Part shown: positions 11,569 to 23,500 of the stretch, one piece after another | Layout of the letters: the number at the start of each line of letters is the position of its first letter | Position numbering within the stretch: the stretch's first letter is position 1 | Source of the DNA: Paraspadella gotoi | Lineage: Eukaryota > Animalia > Chaetognatha | DNA: 64,000 bases | Reading direction: 5' to 3' | Assembly (NCBI GenBank): GCA_051294375.1 | Contig: CM119268.1 | Location: forward strand, 169,437-233,436 | Program-made: the position numbers and the translations under genes | Notes under the pieces: generated by a model | What the model was told of the DNA's origin: nothing | The model's database searches: none | The model's input: only the letters and a program-made list of their open reading frames with translations

Positions 11569-14500
11569 GTGAGCGATATCAAATGTTAATCTTAAATTAT
11601 ATTTTTAATATTAATGTTAATCTTAAATTATAATGTTAATATTAATATTAATCTTAAATTATAATGTTAATATTAATGTTAATCTTAAATTATAATGTTA
11701 ATATTTATGTTAATCTTAAATTATAATGTTAATATTAATGTTAATTTTATTTTTATGTGATAATCCTTTCTTTTTTGTTGTGTTGTAGATTAGGGACAGT
11801 TTGTTAATTGGCAACGTGACCCAACGTGACCAGTGACCTAAAGCCGTCTTCGCATACAACAACAATTCATTTTAAGTATAAACGCAAACACGTTTCGGCT
11901 CTATGATGTTCGAAGCCTTCATGTCCAGGGTCCAAGGTAATTTGTGAAATTTGGACAGATTTTAACAAAAGGGGAGAGAGAGAGATAGAGAGAGAGAGGA
12001 GTGAGAAAGAGAGAGAGAGGAGGGGGGAGAAAGTTTTCCAAACAGAGCATTGAGAGTGGCTCAATGGTGAGGAACAGGCTCTAAGGGTCAAAGGACAGAT
12101 ATATCTTTAGTTATGAAAAGAAAGTGAAAATTCCAATTACAGAGAGAGAGAGAGAGGAGGTAAAGTTTAACTTTGTTCATGTCTATTTCAAGTTTACAAA
12201 ATCATTTCATGTGTTGTACATTAAAAAATGTATTATTTTCTCGTCTCCTGGCCTCTTTCTCATCGTCCTCTCGCTCCTCCTCTAATCTCTCGTCTCATCG
12301 TCCCTCTCTCTCATCTCTCATCTCATCCTTCTCTTTCTCTCATCCGTCCATATATTCTTTGTTTAAAAAAATTCTGACCAATTTCAACATAGAGCGGAAA
12401 CATATTTCGTTTTCACACTAAAAAAAAATTGTTGCCAAATTACCAGAAACTCCTGTCCCTAACTCTATAGGATGTAGTACTGTTAATGAAATAATGATTA
12501 ATCTTAAATTGTGAAAGTTGTTAAATAAAATCTCACATTAAAATCGTATATTAAATTTAATTAACAAATTCATTCATAGGGAATTCGTAATTGATTAATT
12601 TTATCTAAATCTAATGTTATAGGCAAATGGTAAAATATTATAAGGTGCTATAACATGAAAAATATTTTAATTAAATTATTAAATACTGTCTAGATACTGA
12701 GAGAGCATAAACAGTAACAACAAGTGAAATGTGACACAACTGTTTTGATAATAAAAAAAATCAAATTTTTAATTTCTATATAAACTTGGCAAGAAATAAT
12801 AAAATCACAAATGCTAAATTTTTAAGTTTTAATGTCATATGGTTCTTCTAATTTTTTCCAAACATCATCAATATATATACAACAAAATATTTTGATTTCT
12901 GTAAAGAACTAAGAGCTAAATAACTAAGATTTTTTATTTCTGTAAAAATCTAAGAAGCAAACCTAACTAAAGAGCTTAACTAAATCTGGTTTAAAAAAGC
13001 CCCCAATTAAGAAAACGTTTTATATTAATAAATAAATATTTTTTTTCAATGTTAAAAACGAAATTTGGTATTAGAAAGTTTTTCTAAGAATTATAAAAGT
13101 TTATCAAATTTGACAATATATTATCATATATAATATTTATTATCTCAATTAGGCGGCGGATTTCGTCTCCTCTGCTGGGGCTCTGCGTCGCCGCGCCGCC
13201 CTTCGACGTCCTGGAACGGGCTGCAGCTGACAGCCGGCCGACAAATTGACCGGGTGCGGATCCATGCTTTCCTTACAGGTACGGCAATGCCTTTCCCTTG
13301 ACAGGTAACGGACATGCTTTCCCTACAGCAGGTAACGTACGACGCGCAATGCATTTCCCTTAACAGTACGATGTAGACGGCACATGCTTTCCTTACAGGT
13401 ACGGCAATGGCTTTCCTTAAAATAACGGACATCGCTTTCTTCCGGTACGCAGCAATGCTTTTCCCTTAAAGGTAGCTGGGCATGATTTACTATCAAAGGG
13501 ATACGGGACATGCGTTATTCCTTACAGGTCCCAAGTTGCCTGTATATTACAGCTCACATATGTTATTCCAGCTTCACGGGACTTTCCTTGTATTTATAAT
13601 TTATTTTTCATTGTCCTTTTACTTTAAGTTATTACATTGAGTTAGCATTTAAACTTGATATCAAATATCAATCTATTCCAAACATAGATAATCCTTAATC
13701 ATTTACCCTAATCACCAATCCTAACCTTAACCCTAACTCCATAAATTTAAAGCTTAATCTTTAACCCTAACCTTAACCTTAACCACAAAGTCATGAACCT
13801 TAATGTTTATTTATATAATCTCTAATGTAAGCCTAACCTCTTAAATTCTGATCTCTTACCTAATATTTAAACTTATCAAAATTAAAAATGAAATGTGGCA
13901 TTTAGAGTGAATATGGCCGCATTCCCCATTTATAAAAAATATGGTCTCCTTCCTCTTGTATATCAAATATGGCCTCTTTCCCCTTCTATATCAAACATGG
14001 CCTTTTTCCCCTTTAATATCAAATATGGCCCCTTCCCCCTTTTATATCACATATGGCCTCTTTCCCCTTTTCTTTTCTTTTTCAGATCGGAATCAAACTG
14101 GCGCAGAATTTTGAACGAAATCAAAAAATTTCGCGTTAAATCTGATGATATTTTTGTTGTGTCTCACATGAAATGCGGACATCACTTTTTGCACGAGGTG
14201 GGTTGATTTGACATAGAACAGTTAGTTAGTTAGTAATGCGAATTCTAATTTTAATTTTACTANNNNNNNNNNNNNNNNNNNNNNNNNCAAATAGCAATTT
14301 ATATTAAAACCGAGCAGCGTTAACCAGGCTTAAAAATTAATTAATAATTAAATTGATTGATTGAATAATCAATTTTATTAATGATGATATAATTAGTTAT
14401 TGATTATTTAATTGCTAATTGATTACTAATGAATTATTTGATTAATAATACACTTGAATTTTACATTAATATAAAAAGAAAAAGAAGCATAATTCGTAAA

Positions 14501-17500
14501 ACGGTTTTTTACATACAAAACTCATTTCCACTCGACGATTTCCCGATTGGATTTATTTCCTGCCTCAATTCACACACGTCCGTACCCACATACAAATCGC
14601 CATGCACTCATGAGTATTGCATTCAAAATAGATGAATTTTTTTGTTTTTTCTATTCTTAATCATTTTCCTCGAACAATTCCATCGAAACTCAATCACACA
14701 ATTCTAACAGGTCCAGCATAAAATTTATTCCAATTATCCATCAAATAGAGTAATTGGTGTTTTGGCTAAGGTAACGGACGGACAATTTCAGACAGACCAC
14801 GACAATCTATCTTGCATAATTAATCATAATTCAATTTTCTGAATATAAGAGGAATCCCGAAGAGATTGTAAGACGGGACCGACGCACTGACAAAAGAATA
14901 TTTTTTTTACCTGTTTTTTAAATTCATACAGGATTTACAAATCTTCAACAGTCTGAAATCCAAGTATCTACAAAATTTGGACCATGAAAGCAAAGTGTAA
15001 TCCAATATCAATAAAAAAATATTTTCATATACACTAAATTATTTGCTTTTTAATGTTGATCTTCAGCAAAACCTTCTCACATCCTTCATATTTAGGAATG
15101 CCTCTTCAAGCATGTTGATAATGAAGTTATGACAATTATGGGTAAAATATAAAATTAAAGTCTTTCTCACTAATGAAACCATTTTTGAAGAATAATTTTA
15201 AATATTTTTTTATACTATCAGTGTTTAAACTGGATTGAAATGTTTAAACGGCTATCTTTAAAATAATGGGCATCAATAAAATTTTAGCTACACTGCTAAC
15301 CCATTACCTTAATGATTGATGCATAAAAAATTATTGATAACTATTTGTGGCATAATTTATTTTTTAAAATATCTGTACAGATTTATTCCTCCAGATGTGA
15401 CTACACTTTTTTAAAAAAAAATGATGCTCATTAAAAAGATTACTATTGTCAATATCTTGTTTTGAAAAATTTAGGTTACCTGCACAACTCCATAGATAAT
15501 GCCATCAATGCAGTGCTTTCCCGCAGTTCGTTATGCTGTTGTGAGCGCGATGGAGTAGAGACTTGAAATTATATAGTTAATTTTATATTTTTCTCAACTA
15601 ATAAATAACTGTAAATTCTATACTTTACGACACTTTATATGTGAAAGGTTTGCTAAACTGTCTTTAAGCAAGTAACGTAAGTTTAGAGCAATTTGAATGC
15701 GATTGTCAAACTATTTATCTTGAACTGCCCCATCGTGTTAGATGTAATTAGGATCAGAACAACTTTTAGATTTTGACACACTAGGGGGTTCTCAATATAT
15801 ATCAACTTTTCTTTCCCTTTAAATATTGAAAGAATCAGTATTATAATCTTATAGACTCTTAAAGTCCTGAAAATACAATTATACTTGCCTTTTTCCTGAA
15901 GAGTAAAGTGAAAAAATCATAAATTGTAAAACTACAAACAAATATTTTATCTTCAATAAGCTCATTGCTTGCTGCTTTTGAGAGAGCAGCAGCTTAGTGT
16001 TTAGAGTATTGTGTTCAACTTTAGTGGTAAACGTATTTTATTAGTTTTGTAGTATTGCATTCTAAACAAGCTTCAAAATAAAATAACATCTCAGGAATTG
16101 GTAAACCTAAACGATAATATCTTGGGAGGGAGGTATGATGTGATAACGGGGAGAGGTATCTCATCACTGGGTAGGCTGCGGGCTCAGTCACGTTTCTATC
16201 ATGGAGTTTAGACGGCTCGTCAATTGATGTAGAACGGGATAACAGGGAATGACTCAGAACACACGGTTATGAGATATTTTGCTACCATGAGACGAGGGGG
16301 ACGCAAGAGTGGCAGTTTAACTATTGCTGCAAATCCTTCCATTGAATAAAAGCATTCTCTCCTTTTTCGTCGTCTCTCATATTTCGGATCAAGTTACTCT
16401 AGAGAGAATAACGTAATGTTATGTACGTCGGCTACGTTAATGATATGAACGTTACGAGTTCAACGGGGCGTTGGCCATTCACGTGATCGCGTTGACACGG
16501 CGATGAAATGACGTTGCAAAGAGTTGAACTGACAGACGGTGACAAGTCATACTGATGGAGTGGAAATTGATGAAAGAAGAAGTTTATAACAGATCGGAAT
16601 ACAACAGGAAAAGAAGAACGACGATGATGATAGATAGAGATCATTTTTAGGATAATAAAAAGGCTAATTTACGACGGGAAGTTTCTGTTTATAATCAGCA
16701 TTATTTATTCAATTTTTTGTTTGTTAATTCATTTATTAGATTTTTTTTCAGTGGACGATGAAACGCCGACGGGATGGAAGAGTCGATCCTACAACACGGG
16801 TAGTCACTGTGTGATTGTGCCTGTGCATGTGATTGTGCAGTGTGTAGTGTGCCTTTGATTCGATAAATATGTAAAGTTTACCAAATATTGAAGGACAATT
16901 CGGAATATGTAAGATGATATATTTAAGCTAGATTGATAGTTATATAAGATTTGATTAGATGGAGAAGAAAGCTAATAATAAAAAGTCAGAAAGACAGCCT
17001 GAAGAGACAAATAGATGAGTGTTGGAGGGTATCACAGTTTGCAAGAACAGTTGGAATTGACTGACGCGATAATCCAATATCGTAAACTCCGGAATATCAG
17101 GTGAGGTTATTTTATCAAGATTGACTTAATGAGGTAGTCGAAATCAGGATATAGAAGGATGTTTTCTCAAATAAAAGTCGCTAATGTCCATCTGCTGAGC
17201 GCAACTTTGCGAGTGATAAGACGCATTTGATTTGGAGTCATCATCACGATCATTGGATTGTAGAGATTTTACTTTGTGGTTGAAAAGCAGTGTTTCTTGT
17301 GCAGGAGGATGCTGTCCAATGTTATTAGCAAGATATTTCAATAAATCTATTTTCGCATTGAATCAACAGAATCTGGGACTTGTGTCGAGCTTTGTTCTTT
17401 TTTCGCGTTGGAACGCCATAGCAAAGTTTGTTAAATTCTCCAAATATTCTTTAGCTTTCCTAAGAGATCAACAAGGTTTTAGGCTCGTGTTCTTCCTCTC

Positions 17501-20500
17501 ATTCTCCTTTCGTCGGTTTTTTTAAGCTTGTTCTCTTCTTTTTATTGCATATCGACAGGCGGTGAGAAGTCACCTTATATTAAAGAGAGTTAATGACAGA
17601 GTAAGATGTAAAATTGGCAATGCTTGAAGAATTTGTTGTAAAAATGGAAAAAGTTTCGTGAGCGAAAAACATAAAACGTTCGCAACGGATAAATAAATTG
17701 GTAGATGTGATAATAGAAAATTTTGTAGGGTATCGTGAACTTTAAAAGTTGTAATTGTGATAAAACAGTCATAAATGAACATGAGGTGTAGAAATACGGG
17801 GTTAGCCTTTTGAATCGATGGGAATTGATTATAAACAGAATTCAAATCGTCTATGGAATTTCAAAGGGTAAATCGTTGTCCTGATCCCAGGGTAGACGAG
17901 TTACCCTTGTTGTATCTATGGGGAAGTGGGAAATAAACTCCGCAGGGTATTCAGAACATTTGGAGTGAAAATGTGTTATGGGATATGTGGGTATTGGGAT
18001 GCGACGTGCTAATTATGTAGAGGAGGACTATGCAATTGTTACAGGTGTAACAAATAGATACGATGTAAGTTCGATGCAAATGAAGAGATTGGTTTAGATC
18101 AGGCAGATTCTCCTCGACTTCTTAAGCAGGGAAATTAAGTTGAGCTGTAGTCAAGTCTTCAATATCGCCGTAGACTAGTGGAGCTTTGGAATCAAAGAGG
18201 ATCTGCGGTCTATAACGTCAGAGCATTGGACTGGAAGGACACTCCAAGGAACGAGTTCAGCGGTAGCAGACTAGCTCCTGAACTAGGCTTCGGTAAGTAT
18301 ATCCACGGTGAAAATATGATAGGACTGAAAGACAAAATTGCTTCAAGTAAGCTGAACACAGGCTATCAAAACAAGCAGACTGCTGCGGTTGAATCGTCTC
18401 AGTTAAGACAGTTGTCGGTTAGCCGCGTAGGACTTATGGGTAAAGACACTCAGAGAGAAGCGTGTGAAATGTCGAAGTGGTGATCCCCATGGTAGAGGAC
18501 GATGCACCACGTGTTGCGAGGGTGTCATTTCATGTAAGAAACATCAGTGGGTAAATGTGGCTCATCGATTCTCCTGATGGGTCGATCGGGGGTTCAAAGG
18601 GGCCTACAATCAGGCGATGAGCGGACGGGCAGTCGACGATGAATTCAATCTTAGAGTATGGATTGATATCTGAGAACTGGTGAGAGGTAATAATAAGCGT
18701 AACAGTTTAGGGGGAGGGGAAACCATCACAACTTGGGACAAAGTATTCTGCGTATCAGATTATTATTTTAGCCGATACCGATATCATTGGAGCAAAACTA
18801 TATCAATGATAAAATATAGAGTAAATAATAGTATTGAAGACGGTTGTTTAAATGTTCATCGCAATGTCCGATTTGAGATCTGAAGACCTCCTATGAATTG
18901 TCTAAAAGACGTATTCACTGATAATAAATATTCGAATATCTTATTAAAGTCAAATCATTAATCCTTTTTGCCACTTTCTCTTTTCTTTCTGTTTCTCTTC
19001 TCTCTTCTCACTTCAATTCAACTGCTTCCCGACCTCCTCGCCATGATTCTCCCCGAAAGAGGCGAGCCAATGGTGGTTTCGCGACTAAATCATCTGCCGC
19101 GGTGAACGCTAGGCACGGGGTAGGAGCAGCTGTGCTGGAGAATTCGCCGGTGGACATTCGCGCCTGGCGCTTACTCACGGAGAGATTACGTTTGACTGCG
19201 GCTTTACTCGCGTCGGGGGTGTGGGGCGGAGTGGGCGTGGTTCCGCGTCGAGCGATCGCGACTTTCAGACGGAAGTGTCTTATCGCGGAGGTGACTGAGG
19301 AGTAAGAGCGAGAGCGAGAGCGAGAGAGAGAGAGAGAGCGGAGAGCGAGAGAGAGGATAATCCTCGCCAGGGGGGTGGTGTAACAAGTTCATCGATGCGT
19401 GAATGGAAAAAATAAAAACTATGTAAATTATAATTAAGTACAGGCAGAAAGTAAAGAAAAATCGATAATAATCAAATTTCGTATTGATAAGCGGACGAAA
19501 AAAACAAAGAAGAAAATCTCTGATTGTAAGCCCGGGTTTGGTTTTCTCTCTGCTTTTTAATTTTTTTAGTTTTTCGGTTTCTTTTTCTTAATTTCCTTCA
19601 TTTTGCAATTTTCTTTCTTGTTTAAATTTTTTTCTAGTAAATTTTTTGTAGTCGTATTTTTACGATCAATCTCTTTATCAAAATTAAACCTAAATTTTTT
19701 CTCGATTTCTGGAGTCTTTTTATTTTCTTAAAGTTGTATATTCTATATGTATATGTTGATATGGTATATGTATATTTATTTTTTGTATATTAATTTATAT
19801 TATGTATACTAGACATCCAGTATCAAAAATTGTCTTCCAAAGTTTCACTTCGTTCGTTTCTCGTTATTTATGAAATATTAGTATTTTTAACTTTCAAAGA
19901 TCTGGAACATAAAAAAGTGAGGTTAACCAAAGAAGCGTCAAGAGTCATTAGCGCAATTCACTTGTGTTGTAGAAATTTTTTCTCAGAAAAAAATAATGTT
20001 TTCCCTATTGTTAATTTTTTTTAATTAATAATTGTTTTCAATGATCAAAACTAAGTAACTATTTATAAAGTGTATTTTATTAAAAACAGGTTCTGTATCT
20101 GAATTAGTATTTAATTTAACCTTCTAGAAAAGGTCAATTTTAGACAAGGCTAATTTGAAAGAACTAAAACTTAGCATTTGAAGAGCTTTTGCTATATTAA
20201 GAGAGTAATAGAAGATCAAGTACATATATAGAATATATATATTATAATAATCTTTATATACAGTTATATATATATATTATAATATTATTAATATTAAATA
20301 GGAATTATGTTTTAGAGAAACAAAGTTTTTTATTGTTTTACAAATGATATTTTTTTCCAAAACGGAAATGGTTAAATTTTGATTTATAAGAGATAGACTC
20401 GTCGTTGTTTAATGCCATTTTATTATTGTGAATATGGAGAGACAGTGGACTATGTTTATATGTTTAGTGACAGAAGATCAATGTAGCAGTCTGAGCTTCG

Positions 20501-23500
20501 GATCAGGTGTAACACATGATTACAAGGCGGGTAAGCGCCCGTCCCTTTAATGCCAGACGACCGACGGCTAGAACCAATGGCTCTGATGAAGGTGGTGATT
20601 TTAGTCCACCATAGAATTCGTTTTTTTGTCGCCAGAATATCTAATTAACAAGTATTTTTAACGTCTTTATGACTGTTCTAAAAGGTATAAAAGAAGACGT
20701 TCTTACCTAAAACTGTGAGGAATAACTTCCAATGATTCGTGACGAGTTCGGTAAGCAATTAAAATGTTATAATTTTCATTTCTGTTAAGTTTTATGTTAA
20801 GTTTAAAGTTGACTGTTTTTAATAAGTTTTTATTTTTTTATTTGGAAATAAGATCTCTTCTCGACTTGCTAATGATTACATGCGTCTAACACGCATCCTT
20901 ATGTTACTACAATAAATTTACTTAGAGAAAAATGATGAAGGCTTAAAGCAAAGAGGAATGTTCCATTGTAATAAAAATCGTTGTTATCAACAAAACTTTG
21001 AATATTATAATATATAACGAAGAATGGAAATATATAATAAATTTATAATTTAATATTTCAATTTTAGAAATAAATAGAAAGTGAAAATATGCTCTGCGTT
21101 ACGTAAATCTCAATGACATGTTCTCAACTCTGTTGGGTGCAAGAGAGAGAGGGAGAGAAAAGATTATGGGAGATTGTGAAGTTTGAGTTGCTCGATATCT
21201 TTCTGATGATTTTTAAAATGGGCGACAGGAGGATTCAAAATTGTTTTTATTAAGTTTAAATGCACAAGGGAGTAAAGCTTGATTTTGTTCTATAACAAGC
21301 GAATAAAAAAATATTGGTTAAAAAAATATAAACGGTCCTAACCATTCGAAGTTTTGGAGTGATAAACTGCGGATAATACGGGTATTTGTCGTTTGATGCT
21401 GTTTGGATCAGGATAAATTACTTTTTTAGGGAATTGGGAAATACATACATTAATAATACCGATTACAGTGTCTGGTGTTTGATACCAAAAATTTTTTTAG
21501 TCAAACAGAATGTGATAATCTTATTTTTTGGTATCGTGTTGATGGTTAAGAAAATGAAAGTTTTATTGAATTGTGCAACAAATTTTTTATTTGTTATACG
21601 ACTGTTTCGGCTGATATATCCAGCTTCATCAGCGTCTATTACATTAAATGTATAAGATTTTAATAAAAATTGTGTGATGCAACACATTCAATAAAACTTT
21701 GATTTTTCTGTTTAAACATAAATATAAAATTTTTTTCCTTAATTCAAGCGTAGCGAAAGGAAAGCAAATATAAATTATTATTTATTTGAAATTTACTATT
21801 TTAGTATGAATGTTATAATTGTTAATTTGAATATATGATATGATACTTTTCCTCCACAATATGAGAATGTATTGATAATATTAGCTTCATCTATACGTCT
21901 AAATCTAGGTTTTCCATCTGTGACCATGTATAATTTATATATTATTATTTATATTTATATTTTTTTTATATATTTTAGTATTTGTGTATATATAGTTTAT
22001 TTTTTATATTCTTGCGCGGCTACTGAAGAGCTCAACAAAAATCAATAATATAATTTAATATTTGTCAGATTTAGAATAATAAAAATATATAAAAATATAA
22101 CTTTTCTGATGTATTTAAAATTAATTCATAATTGGAACAATAAAGAATCACTTATAGGCTGTAAGTGAAACGTGAAATTTCTTCCGGGTTTAAGGCCGCC
22201 TATCAATAAGAAGTTTTAAAATTTAATAAACGAATAAGAGAAGAGCTTTGGTGTTTTTTATAATAATTGTCAAAAATTTATGTTAATAGCAATTATTAAA
22301 CCTCTTTCTTTAAAATTATTATCAATTTTGCGTATATTTTTTTGCTCAGAAAGATTACTTTGACGCATCTATTGGGTTTTTAAGCAAAAACAATTTTGTG
22401 GTCAACCAGGCTTTTTAAAGTGATTTAGAGAGTAATAAATGGAGGAAACCGAGACCCGGAGTGAGACTTAGTATGGTTTTTTTGAGGCTGGGGGAAGCTC
22501 TAATGTATACGTTTCTCGATATTTTTTTTGTAATTTATCTGATTTTTCTTACGCTATATTTTTTTTTAAACGCTTTGGGGAAAAAATTGATATTATTTTG
22601 TTTTTTATTTTTTTATTCCTTTCTTTTTCCCCGAGGTATTTCGGGAGATTTTTTGGGAAGAGGGTCACGTTTATGTCTGCGGTCGTCATACGAAATCTCA
22701 CCACAAAATCCATCAGCATCACCGCGATCTCGACTTTTCACTTCACACGGCACACAGCGCCTTCACATCAAGAACTCACACCTATGCCTCCGAGGCGGTT
22801 TTAGTCTTCCTCTTCAAACTCATATTGACCAGAAATGTGAGGAGGACAGAGCCTAAAAACAGACTCTAACAATGCTTCTGAGAACAGACGTAGATTTTAG
22901 TGGCCGTTGAGTGATTCACACTTAAATGTTAGATTCTTAAATATTCTACGTCAATGATGATATGATCACTGGTATTTTATCAAATCATCACATTATTAGA
23001 TTACCTACTTATCTTGTCTACCTGTCCAAAACTGGATACTGACGAATTTCTCCTCGTTTCTTCTCATCCGCAAATTCTCGAGTGTCCTTTCCTCTCCTCG
23101 TTCGCCTCGAGTTCCTATCTCCTCCTTCTCTCATCTTCCTCTCCTCAGAAGATCTTTTCACCCTCGTGTCTGTCTTCTCCTCTTGTATCTCTTTCCTCTG
23201 TTTTTTTTTTTTTGTTTCTCTTCTTTATCTATTTCCTTCTCACCTTTCTATTTTTTCTCTTTTTTTTTTCTTTTTTTCTTCTCTTCTTTCTTCTCTTTTT
23301 TTTACTTCTCTTTTTTTTTTCTTTCTTTCTTATTTCTATTTTTTCATTCTTTTTCCTTTTCTTTTCTTTTCTTTATTTTGTTATTTTTTTCTCTTGTCTT
23401 TTTCTTTGTTCTATCTTCTTTATTTCTTTTTCTTGTTCTTCTTTATTCGTTTTATTTTTTTTTTTCCTCTTTTGTTTCCTCTCTCATATTATGGATCCGT

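Noticed and set aside
16226-16240. GGGATAACAGGGAAT resembling the I-SceI site
   Set aside because: Imperfect match in noisy sequence; no intron or endonuclease context; plausibly chance.
22023-22040. CTGAAGAGCTC hammerhead-like start
   Set aside because: No closing stem II or GAAA box follows.
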